A stretch of 64,000 nucleotides of DNA, taken from positions 124,001-188,000 of the forward strand of contig NIVC01001024.1 in the NCBI GenBank assembly GCA_002269645.1. The letters run 5' to 3'. Positions 8,936 to 21,066 of the stretch are shown one piece after another (position 1 is the stretch's first letter; each line of letters begins with the position of its first letter). The position numbers and the translations under genes are program-made. The stretch comes from Macrostomum lignano (Eukaryota). Under the pieces are notes generated by a model. That model saw only the letters and a list, made by a program, of their open reading frames with translations. It searched no databases and was not told the DNA's origin.

Positions 8936-11815
8936 CAACAGCAACACCCGGCTGAATCGTCTGTAGTAAGCGCTGTCGCAACTTCATCGACCACTGCAAT
9001 GCTGTCTGCTCAGTCAACGAGTGCAGAAAGTAAGTGCTCAGACATGTTCACTTTTTGTGTGTCTCGGATTATTAGTATTTATTGACAATTATCTGAAACC
9101 TGGTTTTCCTGACATGCAATGACAGGCGAACGCAGTCAGCACGAGCAGCAGCAGCAACAGCAGCGAAAGAAGCAGCAACGCAGCAAAAAAGTGTGCCCTA
9201 TACCCGGCTGTTCTGCTTTTATGCGGTTAGATGCGCTAAAGGTACATTTTTTCAGCAAGCACAAAGACTGCTGCGCTGCAGAGGAACCTACCGCGGCAGA
9301 CGGTCTGCACGCATCAGTTAATTGGTCAAAACTGGAGGACCGGCACAGAACCGAGTGGTGGTGGAGGCGCCACAGTCTTGCTGAGCCTGTGCGCGAGCAA
9401 ACGCATCCCCGCTTTGACCACTTCTGCGCAGACTGCGACGCCTTCTATCGCGATGTCGCCTACCACAACAAGCTGCATGCGGCCGAAGCTGCTGCGGACG
9501 ACGGCAACGGTGGAAGTGTTGCCCGAACCACCAAACGGCGTCGGCAGCATCAGCATCAGCCTGCGGTGGTTGCGGCGGCTACGGTCGAAGCGGAGGCGGC
9601 TACGGTCGAAGCGGAGGCGGCTATGGTCGAAGCGGAGGCGGCTACAATCGAAGCGGCGGAGGTTACGGTCGAAGCGGCAGAAATTTGTAAGCCTAAGCAG
9701 CATCAGCAAAATGCCGCAGTAGACAAACTGGACGCCGCGGTTTACGGCAAGGCGGCGGCCAAACAGCTAGCCTATATTGAAGATATGTTCTTCGACGAGG
9801 AGACCGGTATTCGCGACCGGCAGGACGCTGGTTTCCGAAAGGAATGGCAGTTGACGTACAACATGGCGATGACGGCGTTCGCCAGAATGAACCCAAGCGC
9901 CGGCTTTCGCGACGTCGCATTCTGCTTGACGGATCCCAGGCAGGCTGCCAGAGAGGTTCGGTCCTCGTCAGAAAGCTTAGGAACGGCGCGCAACCGGGCT
10001 GAGGCAATCGTCAAGTGCGTCAAATATATCATCGAGTTTATCGACAACGACCCGGTGCGACGCGCAGCAGTCATGTGTAGCTTCGGATTTAATCAGCAGC
10101 TGCAGTCCAATGAGTTCCTTGAGCGACTCGAGCTGCTTAAAAAGTCAATGCAGAGTGTCTGACGCAAGCACGATTTTGTCTACAAGTTGAACACGCCGCA
10201 AATTAACGCACGCAAACGGGCCACACAGATTACTCCTCGAGACTGGCAGCTCATCTTGGCCGACTACGCAGATCTGATTGACAACAATCAGCCGGCTGAA
10301 TGGGCGGCGGCGCGCCACAAACTGGCTGATGAGATCGCTGCAGCGGCGGCCGCGACAGTCTCCAATTGCTTTCGTAATCCCGATGATGCTCGCCGCCTTC
10401 TCGGAGATGGAGATGGCACTGAAGATCGCGACGACGAAAACAGCTGCGACAACGCCGCCGATGATGCTGACGTTGAATGCGAAGACGACTCTGATTACGA
10501 TGGCGACATTGATGGCGTCTGCGGCGGCGGCACTGATGATGAAGAAGAGAACGACGGCAGTGGCAGCGGAACAAGCATCCGGTCGGAATGCAGCATGCGA
10601 AATCGGCTGATACTGCATGCGGTGGTGCAGCATCCCCAGCGTGTTGCCCCGTGGATCGGGCTTCGCGTCGAGTACATTCTGCCCGGGAGCATTTATCGAG
10701 TCGACGACACCGACTCTGGGTTCACAACGATCTGCCTGCCCGGAAAGTATGTGCCGCACAAGCGCCGCAACGGCATTGGTTGCAGCACGCTGGCAATCGC
10801 CACTCCATTTGTGGACGCTCTGCTTGGCTGGTGGTGCAACGGCTGGCTGTCGGAGCGACAGAATTCGCTGTCTAGTGAGGCGACGACCCTGCCAATTCAA
10901 CGGCATGTCTTTTCAGTGCGCCACCGCAGTATTATCGCCACTGATGCAGTCGCCGCCGCCGCCGCCGCCGACGCCGCTACAGCCGATGCCGTTGACGCCA
11001 GATGCAAGCAGATGTCGGTCAGCAGTTTCGGCCATGCCGTGCGCTATTTCGCCTACCGATTGCTCGGCCGGCGTGGGATAGGACCAACCAAGTTTCGCAG
11101 CAGCAAGCAGGACATTGTGGTGCGCAAACACCCCGAGCTGACTGCCGACCTTGCACGCCTGATGGAGACGTCCGGCCAGATGGTGCGCCAGTTTTATACC
11201 AATGCTGCCCAGCTGCATGCCAAGGCCTCTTTGCAGGCCAAAGTGTTCGCGCTAGTGGCAGCTGAAGCTGCCACTTCGGGTCCTACGGGCGCAAGCAGCA
11301 GCAGTATTGTTGTCGTCAGTGATCCTGCCGCTGCTGGCGTCGATTTGCCACCCGGTATGTCGTCGCCGTCGTCGTCTCTGTCTTCGGCGTCGAGTCAATT
11401 GCGCAAGCGGCGTCAAAAGCGTCCTTCGCAGGAGCCAGCATCAGGAGATGATAGTAGTAAGCCGCCGACTGCAAAGCGAGCAAGGGCCGCCACCGCTACG
11501 ATGACCACCGCCGCCGCATCTCAGTCGTCAGCCAAGGCCACCACCGTCGCAGCCATTCATCAGCAACGGCCGCCTGCATCATCAGCCACTGCTGCTGCTG
11601 CTCTCCCGGTGGATGCCGATGACAGTGCCGATCCGGCTAGGTTGGCTGCGGCCGCGGCGGTCGTCGACAGCAGCAGCAGCAGCAGCAGCCAGCGACGTGC
11701 CTCGGCTACGGCTGCTCTAGCTGCTATTCGATCGGCCGTATCGTCGATTCTCAGCGTTGGTCGACAGGGTCGAAGACTGCCGGCTCAGCAGAAGCAGCAG
11801 CAGCAGCGAAAGTAG
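8843..11815 (+). CDS. C2H2 zinc-finger tyrosine recombinase/integrase (958 codons) interrupted by one in-frame TGA at 10160-10162
   Basis: Exon 8843-9029 splices in frame (A|GTAAGT...GACAG) to 9126-11815. ORFs 9119-10162 and 10187-11815 are in the same frame. Fingers CPIPGC...HFFSKH and CADC...HNKLH. Catalytic-like motifs HPQR, PHK, PTKFR, LARLMETSGQMVRQFY. Confidence 0.72.
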
Positions 11816-12750
11816 CATGGTTTAATTGAACTTCAATTAAGGTCAGAGTTAAGCTGTTGCACTGGAACTTCTATGTTGAATACTGTATTTATAAGTATAG
11901 TCAGAAGAAATCGACACAGATTTGAAACAACAGCTAGATTTTGTGGTCGGAAAGTAAAAAACAATTTTAACTACTGTGCAGCTCGACCTTGCAACATAGG
12001 TTGTAGCTCGTTTTATGGACTTATCATCTAGTAGCTAGCTATTGGATAACTAGGAGACAGGTAGCTATCAACATGTGCTGATATTATTGCTTGTATATGC
12101 CCATGCTTAGCTCACTGTCCTAGTAATTAATCAGGGTACAACTGAGGCGGGTGCAATCAGATATGTAGTCAATCAATCAATCAATATATTACTAATCAAT
12201 ATTGGTCTGCATTGATGCATTATTGGTCTGCTTTCTCTCTGAAATTTTGTTCAGCATCCTTTGGTGGCAGGAATTGTTAATTAGAGGAGCTATTGAACTG
12301 TTTATTTGCTTATATCTATGAATGCTGATAAATATGCAAAAGGCTCATGCCACTTTTTAAATGATTGTTGAAATTTGCTGTTTTTTTTCATTTTTAGATT
12401 TTATTCTAATCCAGGCTTACCTTCAACGCCCCCGCATATGCTTAAGAAGTAAGTAGCACAATTCCGGAATAGTGGCTAGCACATTTTCCCTTAAATTAAT
12501 ATGCAGTCCGCATGGCCTCTATCAATCAATATGGCCTGCATAATTTTGGAAACTCCATACATAACGTCTATAATATCTATACGAAATTGTGCTAAGCGTA
12601 ACTCCGAAATTGTGCTACCTAGTTCAAAAATACTTATTGTATTAGCCATATATATGCTTGTTTAGTCCTATAGCTATATGTATATATCGGTTATTTATAG
12701 CCAATCAATCAGGATAACTATACTTGCACCACACAGCTTTAGTTAGAGCT

Positions 12751-12792
12751 GTGAAATTGTGCCTGGCACCATTGTGCCAGGCACAATTTCAC
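12751..12792. other. Perfect palindrome with 19-bp arms, homologous to 7960-8001
   Basis: gtgaaattgtgcctggcac-catt-gtgccaggcacaatttcac. Confidence 0.85.
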
Positions 12793-13060
12793 AAGTCCGC
12801 CATTTGCTATTTCTGCTGCTGCTCCCGATCCTTGTCTGTAGCTAGCTATCGTTTGCATCTTTTCATAGCAGTTCATATTTTCTCGTTCATTTGCTTCCGC
12901 TATCCAATCTGCCGTGTTTTCCTATTTGAAACAGTTTTTTTTCAGTTGTATTGTTTGATTTTTTTGACCGCCGAATATCCATACGAATATCCAGACAGGT
13001 CGGATAACCCTCCTGGCCATAGACATCAATTGAAATCATCTGTTTTCGCTTTGAATATCC

Positions 13061-13187
13061 AAAATGAATGGCATAGCTTATACTAACGCACTGTTTCTCT
13101 TGGCAGTTTTTTCTAGCAATGCCTTAGTCATATTTCTAGTCGTATCTCTTCTCTAAGAAATCTCTACTTTCTAAGTGCGTAAACAAA
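13061..13187 (+). repeat. Right copy of the 129/127-bp direct repeat
   Basis: Matches 2152-2280. Confidence 0.95.
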
Positions 13188-13499
13188 CTGAAAATGTTCT
13201 GAAAATTACAACATTCTAGGTTTTTGGAGCATATCAAGAATATACCTTCTGTTGAAATAAATAAGCAGAAACACCTTGTTATAACTCTCATGACGATTTT
13301 ATGCAGCTTAGTGAACTGAATAATCAATCATTTTGATGATTGTTTGTATACAGATAAGCAATAAAATATATATCTTTTCAATTAAAAACGTTTCAAATAA
13401 AGCTGAAAATGAGGTATTTATATCCGAAAAAACTACTGACTAGTAGTGTATTTTTGAAGTCACAACGAAAATGCATCCTCTATTAATAATTAAGTTCAC

Positions 13500-13772
13500 C
13501 CTGTCTAATGGGCAGATGAGCAACCGACAGCTCAGCCGCAGCTATTGCGCGGCGCATCTGAAGGCTGCGTACGGCTGTTCAGTCCAAGGACTGGGGGGTC
13601 GCCACACACACCCTCAATTACCCCAGCTAATGCTGACACCCATTTTACAGCTGGGTGAACTGAAGCAATGCAGAGTGAGGTGTCTTGCTTAAGGACACAA
13701 ATTGTCCCAGGTGGGATCGGGAAACGAACCACCGACCTTCAAGTCATCGACCAATGCATCCTCCACCTTGAA
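13500..13772 (-). mobile_element. tRNA-derived SINE (same family as 40333-40596 and 48980-49260)
   Basis: Shared body accgacagctcagccgcagctat...cagtccaaggactgggggg...tacagctggg; degenerate tRNA head. Confidence 0.8.
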
Positions 13773-16700
13773 CAATATTTTGATATGAGCTCCCAAAATT
13801 TATTTTTCATTTAGCAATAAATAACTAGCATTTAAATCTCAAAAGATGCCGATGGACAGCTTCCCCTACTTGAGCAGCATGGAGCTGGCGAATCAAGTCG
13901 TAGAATTTCTGCTCTTCAACGAAAAAAACTTGTTGTTCAAGATAGCGCAGACTCTTGATAGAGGATCGCTTTTGTTAAAGTGCATTAGAGTCGCTTCTGA
14001 ACACGTTGAAGCCAACCTTTTGAGACACGGTACAAAGTCTATCAGCTCGCTAAGCTCCCCAAGTGTTGGCGCGCTTGTACATTTTTTTGTACATCCTTTT
14101 AGTGCCGATTGTTTTGACGATCTTGCCGAAGGTGCTGCGCCAAGGTGCCCGCAGCCCTCCCCGCCGAGCACACGGTGAATGCACTTTTCTATCCGAAACC
14201 CAGCCAGAAACATATGAGGGTCAACCGGCGATACGGGGCTCAAGTACATGCCAGGAAGAGTTGGACAAGTTGACAATCGTGACTGCATGCTGCTGAAGTT
14301 ATGTAGAGAAGCTTCAGGTTGCTGTTGCAGTACTGAAAATCTCTGATAGGCTAATCCGATTCTAGCTGCACTTTAGTGGAAATTGCTGATCTGCCTCCTT
14401 GGCCGCTTTTAAAGCTTTCAGATCCCCACAAAATTGGATGGTCTCAAAGATTCTATAACTTGGCTGTTGCGCTTGGCGAGTGTAGCTATGAGTTCACCAT
14501 GACACCACACCAGCTTCCGTCGGAGCTCGGAAGGAGTTACCTTAATCAGGTGCAAGTAGGGCTCAAGCATGCTTCAGTGGTTTTCCGGTAATTTTCAAAA
14601 CTAGGAATATTGTCTCGACTCTTCCAAGTTTGTCAAGTCCATGTAATTAAATGTGGCGAGACAGCCTATCCCGAATTTTCTGCTTTTTTGCTATCAAAAG
14701 CACTGAATAATTTTGTTATGATGCATCTTAGTTTCGGTGCTTTGGTCCGCCAGCATATACAAGTCTGATACTTGTATTTTAAAGCCAGCTAGCTGATCGG
14801 CTTGCAAGCTGCAGGTGGATTTTCTTATAGATTTTGTTCAGACCTCGAGTTTTAAATCGTCTCTCGGATTCGAAAACCGAAATAAAATCACTGAAAATTA
14901 TAGTTGCCAGCTATCGTGTGAGCTTGCGTTTTTGAATTTTTTGTTTGAATTAGTCAAGAGCTATTAGCTCCACAGCCGGACCCTGTGACGCTACTATGAT
15001 TACCTATGCATTATTAAATCTGTAATTCGAAAACATTATCTTTAGCATATTTTTCTACGGGACTAAACGATATACCAGATAATATAGTACTAGTTAAAAA
15101 ATTACTAACTTTTGATGCTCTCTTTTGCTCTACTTCTCTCGTCAAAGCTTCAACAACCTGCACTTGTATTAGCATCCTCAGCTAAACAAAATCTACCCAG
15201 TTTTCCGGCTTCGATCCTCCCTCTCTCTGCTCCGTTCTCAGAGCTGAACTCAATTCCCAACGCCTACGCGAACTCCCCGTTTTAGTCCAGGACCTGTCTA
15301 ATTCCTACTTCTCCCTTAACGAACCCAAGAGAGCAACAGATTGAAAGCCGTTGCCGAACGAAGTCGCTCCTCTCTCTGGGTGTCTGAGAGCCGTCGTCAA
15401 GACCTCGCGCGGCCTCCACAGCCGAGCAAATCAATAAACCGTTGTCACCCCACAGCTCGTTGCAGCCGATCAATCACAGGCGGCAACAGGCTGCACTAAA
15501 AGAAGAAGAAAAAACACACTTCTTTCTCTCTTTGCTGTTCTTCGCGAAGTTTCTTGCACCTCGTATCGCGATACGCGAGTTCATCCGCGCGATAAAATTC
15601 TCGCGTGTTCGTTGCCGCAGTTCCTCAGTTCAATACGAAACCTGATTGATTCTTTGAGAAAGGAGGTGAACCATCTCATCAGTCACAGGTTTAGGTGTGT
15701 TAGCAGAATATTTATATGGTTTTGTGATATTTTAGAATCCCCGGGGCATCGCTCCAGAAATTTTGTTACATTCATGCCCTTTTCTCTTTGCTAGATCCTG
15801 CAGAGCTCCTCAGATTCTCAGAACCCGGACGTACGCATCATAATTCAAACAGTGAAGAGTTTGGATCTTCTAACATTTCGTTTGCTGTGGCAGTCGGTAA
15901 ACATTCAGTGGTTTGCCTGATTGTAACCGGAACAGGCTTGCTCGGTCGTAACAACGCTTTAGCCAGAAACTTAACAGCTAAGAGCTTCTCTTTGCCTTAC
16001 TTTCAATGCAAATTTTAACGCAGCATTGATCCCAACGCCAAGTCCTCCGAAGCCCTCAGGGAAGAGTAGCCTGTGTTTCCCTTCTCCGTCCTTCCCATGT
16101 GAGCTGTCTCCTATTCCCTATTGAATTTATTCAACTGATCTCATTCGACTCACTGCACCGCCTTCAGCTCTTCCACTTCTCCCGTCTCCCTTAAATTTCT
16201 TGATCTGCCAAAAAAGGTCAGTCAACGGAACCTGGAGATCTCTTACTGCTCAGTTTAGTTCGAAGAGAACACCCTCGAGCAGCTTGGCTCTGTGAATTGA
16301 TGAGCTGCGCATTACCCTACACAGGACCGGGAATGCAGTGCTCCAGCCCCAGAGACAGGCAAACTCATCGCCTTCTGATGCTTGCACTCCTCAGAGCACA
16401 AGAGGCCTCCCTGAACAGACCCAAACAGTTTCGCGCTGAATGAAGTGGCGAATGGCATTTTCTCCAATGCCAGTTTGAAGTGCTCAAGCGGCCTGGCCCG
16501 CGACTTTTGCAGACCTTCCCCCCGCTATCTGAGCAGCCCTAAACTCGGGAGCCCTCCCCCATTTTTATCTGTCAGTTCGAGTTCGAGTCATCAATCAGAG
16601 GGTGACGAAGTGGCGCGGGTCTGTGGGGGGCTGGCAGTCTTCGTTGGCTCCTGCACTATAGCCACTATACTCTCATATCTCATAGACGGATCTCAATTTA

Positions 16701-17614
16701 TGTGAGGTGCGCTGTCTGCAGCTCTGACCCCTCTGCCCCACTCCTGCAGTGCCTATCTTGCCTATCTCCTCAAATATTTGGCAGAAAGGGTTAAGACAAT
16801 TTGGACTTAGATGCCCAGATACTTCTTTTTTCGTGGACTTTTGCAGTATAGAATTTTCCGTTTGACTTACATTTTTATAAAATCCATTCAACTTGGGAAA
16901 AGGATTATCGGATGGCATATTTTATCAGAATCTGCTTTTCGATACTTTTTGCCCAATTCTTTTGATGTCATTCATTCGGCGAAACAGCATTGCCCAGCCC
17001 ATTTTTGATCAGAGAAGGGGAGCTTGATGTCTCAATCAGAGGCCACTGGCGGTCAGGCCAAGCTAATCCTCTTGATAATCCTTAGCCATGACAGCGCGGG
17101 GAGTCGCTAATCCAGTCCAATTCCCTGCTGCACTTCCCTTTGCCTCTGCCCCCAAATTCTAATTCTCTTTTCGTCAACTGTGATTTCATTTTTCCTTCTG
17201 GCAGAATTCTTGCGTGATTATTTGGTAGGAAGGCTGCGGCTAGCGTTGGGTTGAAGTGGCCCTCAGTTTTTGGACAGAGAAATCGTCCTAACGCGTGTGT
17301 CAGTCCTCTAGACTGCTGTAAAACAAAATGCACGTGCGACTTTGACACTCGCTGCCGGAGACAGACCCGATTGCCGGCTGGCTGCTTTTAAATTCGCAAA
17401 GTCACGCCAGGTTAAAAACAGAACCGGCGAGAGTTTCTATATATCGATAGGCGTGGATATTCTGAGAGAGTGACGGAAGTGCGCGCATGCCGACCTGCCA
17501 TGTTCAGAGGCCTGACGGAATGATTTTTGCTCTTACGATTGCTCAGTGTACTAGACTTTTAGAGACAAGTGATGAGCTAGAGTGAGACAAAATAGATTAA
17601 GACAGACAGGACTG

Positions 17615-18250
17615 GTGGAGACACGATGGAAGTTTAGAGACAGGGCAGGTTAGAGACAGGGTGGGTTAGAGACAGGTCAGGTTAGAGACAGGGTGGATTA
17701 GAGACAGAGTGGGTTAGAGACAGAGTGGGTTAGAGACAGAGCAGGTTAGAGACAGGGTGGTTTAGAGACAGAGTGGGTTAGAGACAGAGTGGGTTAGAGA
17801 CAGAGTGGGTTAGAGACAGAGTGGGTTAGAGACAGAGTGGGTTAGAGACATAATGGGTTAGAGACAGGGCAGGTTAGAGACAGGGTGGGTTAGAGACAGG
17901 TCAGATTTGAGAGTGGGTTAGAGACATAATGGGTTAGAGACAGAGTGGGTTAGAGACATAATGGGTTAGAGACAGGGCAGGTTAGAGACAGGGTGGGTTA
18001 GAGACAGGTCAGATTAGAGAGTGGATTAGAGACATAGTGGGTTAGAGACAGGTCAGATTAGAGAGTGGGTTAGAGAAAGGGTGGGTTGAGGCTAAAGACA
18101 CGAGAAGTAGAGACAGGACAGGTAAAGACAGGAAGAAACAGGACAGATAGAGGGTAAAGACACGACAAGTAGAGACAAGGACGAGTAAAGACAAGAATGT
18201 TAGAGACATGGATGTTAAAGACAGGACAGGTAGAGAGCGAGTAAAGACAC
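17615..18250. repeat. Purine-rich minisatellite (about 16-bp gggttagagacagagt units, degenerating rightwards)
   Basis: Tandem ggttagagaca cores. Confidence 0.85.
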
Positions 18251-21066
18251 GACAAGTAAAGACAGTATAGCAGGGCTAAATGTGGAAATACGAAAATTGC
18301 AAAAAGAACAAGATGGCCACTGGATCATGATAGGAAGCGATGTAGAGATTTAATCCTTATCTATATATACAGGACTTAATGCTAGGATGTACCTGGTATG
18401 TGACGCGTCAAAGAATAAAATAGTTAGTTTCCCTAGCTTCCTGTCTCTGTGAAATCTCATCACTGAGGGGAGGTTACAGAGACTCCGGAAGCCTTTGCCT
18501 ATCTGAGTCGCCTGTGTAGGAAATGACTTGCCAGCTTGGCGGATATTGCAATCCGAGGAGGAGAGGTGGGCAAGTAATGAAATTGTATTAAAGGTCAGCG
18601 GACTAACTGCAGTCAACATCCTTGATGCAACAGGTGTTGTTAATGCTCAGATATAAAACAAGGCGTGAGGCTTTGATAAATAATTCCTGTCCTGTCGTCC
18701 TTTAAGGCGTATTTCTCACTGCTTAGGAAGCCTACCTAGTCTAGAATCCTGACAGTTATGGGTCATCCAAATCCGAGTTAGCGCTTTGAATCCCTGATTA
18801 AACTCCAGGTTTTCACCATTTTCTCGCCTTTCTCAGACCAGAGACCACTTCCTGAATCTACTGTCGCCCGCAACGTTCCCCCTCTCTTGCTGACTTTCTC
18901 GTTGGTACCCTTTTCACCCTCCGCCCCGCCATTCCGGGCGGCCCGGCCTATTCGCCTCGGAACGGAAGTCAATCATGACCGCGGTAATTTACTGACTAGC
19001 AGGCTGGGCTTGGCCGTGGCGAGAGTGTGCGAGGGGGCGGGTTGGGCTGGAGGAGCACGGGGCGAGGCTGGTCCCGGAGCGGCGGCAACCCCCCGTAATC
19101 TCCTTATCTCTCGGGGGACTTTCCGCCCAGGCTGGGAGAGAGTCCGGCGGGACCGGTAGCCATGAGAGCTAGGGTGTGTGGGATTGGGGGGGGGACCAAG
19201 TCTGAAAACCTCAGCAGCGCGAAGGGCTTCTGTCGCCCTGGCGCGCGTTTCCTTCTGTTGGGCCTGACCTCCCCCCATTGCTTATTGCAACCTTCGGGGA
19301 AAGAGGAAGAGAGAAAGGACGCATATGAGGACAGATCGAGTCAGTCGTGGGTGAGAGGGTTTGGTGAAGCGGAGATTCTTCTACTTTCTCCTTCCCCCCT
19401 TCTATGCTCGATCTTAAATCTCACGCATGCTTTGCTTATGCATGTTATTTGCCCGTCCTTTCAGAAGCAGCCGCTGCTGCCGTCACCGCCGCTACCTCCC
19501 TTGTGTTTTTTCTTCTTTTTCTTTTCTCCCCATCTCCAGGCGGAGCTGTTGAAGGCAGTTGAGCTCACTCAGACATCCACTCCAATGCGACCGCGGCAGT
19601 TGGTGAAGTGTAGGTATTTAAGCCGGAGCGAGGACATTCATTCAGCCATGAAAGAAAGAGGGAGAGGGCGAGGGAGGGAGAGAAGAGACGTCACTCATAA
19701 CGCTAGAGTGGACAACGCAGCACGCTACGACATCCTTGTCTCGAGGCTCGCTTCACTTAATCTCTCCATCTCTCCCTCTCCTTTATCCCTATCTACCTAT
19801 TCCTCGTTCCAGTCGCTAATAGAGCGAATATAAGAGAATAAACTGAACCAACTTGGGTTGGGCCAGAGCTACCGGCCTAAATTATTGTACAAGACGTATC
19901 AGTCCGCCTATAAGTATATTCAAGGGCTTGTGGAAGCTAATGCTGATTAATAGTGCAAGGCGATGATCAGTTGTCACACTCAGCAACATGTTAAAGTTTC
20001 CACCTCGAAATCAATGGTCCTGTGTGAGTGTGCGCCCGCGTAGAATTGGTTGTGGGACGAGTTCAATGAAGTCGTTACTCCAGGGTGCCACAGCTCTTCT
20101 TCAAATTGAATATTATTACTGTTATGCATTACATTTTCACTGCTTATTATACTATCATATAGGGTTAACACCTGAGAGCCATTAACGATAAGTTGATTTG
20201 ATTAATAAAACCGCAAATTCTTGAAATTCTACAAAATTCTGTGAAGAAATGAAAAAAACTGAAACAAATTAGAAAATACGCCGTAATTTATAGAAATAGA
20301 AAATACTCTTCTTTCGATGAATGCTTTTTACTTTGAAACTGTCGATGAAGTTCCGATTAAGTTTGTAACATTAATTACAATTGACTTAAACGTTAATTCT
20401 GTATAGTAAATGCGAGCTGACACAACGGGATGGGAAGGCTACAGGTTTTAACAGCGGGGGGGGCTTGGCGGTAGACTCGGTCGGTGCTCTGTGCAGATTT
20501 TGATGCAATGATGACAGTTTGACATATGCTTGGGGCATAGAAAGTGTGACATATAGTAATTGATTTTTTGCTTGAAAAGAGCCATAAAGGACGAGGAAAA
20601 AAACAGGAAAAGATGAACTACCAGAGACACAAACTGACTAGCAATTGACATGCGGAACACTACATGTTAAGCTTCATAATTTGCAGAATTACTTCCACAA
20701 GCCGCAAGTTTTATCAAATTCTAGAATGGTAAAATCACAGAAATTCAATCGAATGTAACGCTGACCACTGAAAGCTTACAGATAGGAGAAGCGAACAAAC
20801 ACTAGCTGTATGAGGAGCAAGGCACTTGACAACGAAAAATAGCGATGAGTGCTGAACGCGCCTGATCCTCTCAGACCTCCGAAGAAGAAGTGCTCTAGTT
20901 GATTGAATGAGAAACAGAAATTGGACGGCGTCGATGATCTCGATGCTCTCCGGGCTGGAAAAATCCAGATTTTGTGCACCGGTGAAGTGCCACTATTGCA
21001 GATGGGAAAACACGTGCATCGGAACATTTTTCCAGAGTAGCTATCGAGTGTAAGCCAGCCTGTGTA

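Larger units (their letters stand above)
3812..12792 (+). mobile_element. Unclassified integrative element encoding SF3 helicase plus tyrosine recombinase
   Basis: Two spliced genes (4101-6817, 8843-11815). GTAGCACAATTT at 3812-3823 is the inverted partner of AAATTGTGCTAC at 12607-12618. Related perfect palindromes at 7960-8001 and 12751-12792. Exact ends uncertain. Confidence 0.7.

Noticed and set aside
10160-10162. Selenocysteine recoding of the in-frame TGA
   Set aside because: The position is not a catalytic or redox site and I see no recognisable SECIS after 11815; a nonsense mutation is simpler.
9326-11504. Overlapping alternative-frame and antisense ORFs in the element (also 4277-6950)
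   Set aside because: Expected by-products of GC-rich, low-complexity coding sequence; no motifs.
3812-12792. Endogenous CRESS virus, parvovirus, Helitron or Polinton as the identity of the element
   Set aside because: No capsid-like ORF, no NANTATTAC nonanucleotide in the hairpin loops, no clear HUH motif set, no Pif1 helicase, no pPolB, DDE integrase or packaging ATPase; a YR gene is present.
13846-17400. Possible decayed LINE/LTR coding remnants (e.g. minus-strand HPILWGS...GQGG near 14380-14440; Cys/His fragments near 16700)
   Set aside because: Fragments are too short and stop-ridden to assign without a search.
18350-19833. Several 60-220 aa ORFs in a GC-richer patch
   Set aside because: No recognisable domain or consistent splice structure.
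19980-20171. Minus-strand FEEELWHPGV resembling the Crypton EE..LW..G motif
   Set aside because: Flanking Crypton motifs (LRG, EH) are absent; likely chance.
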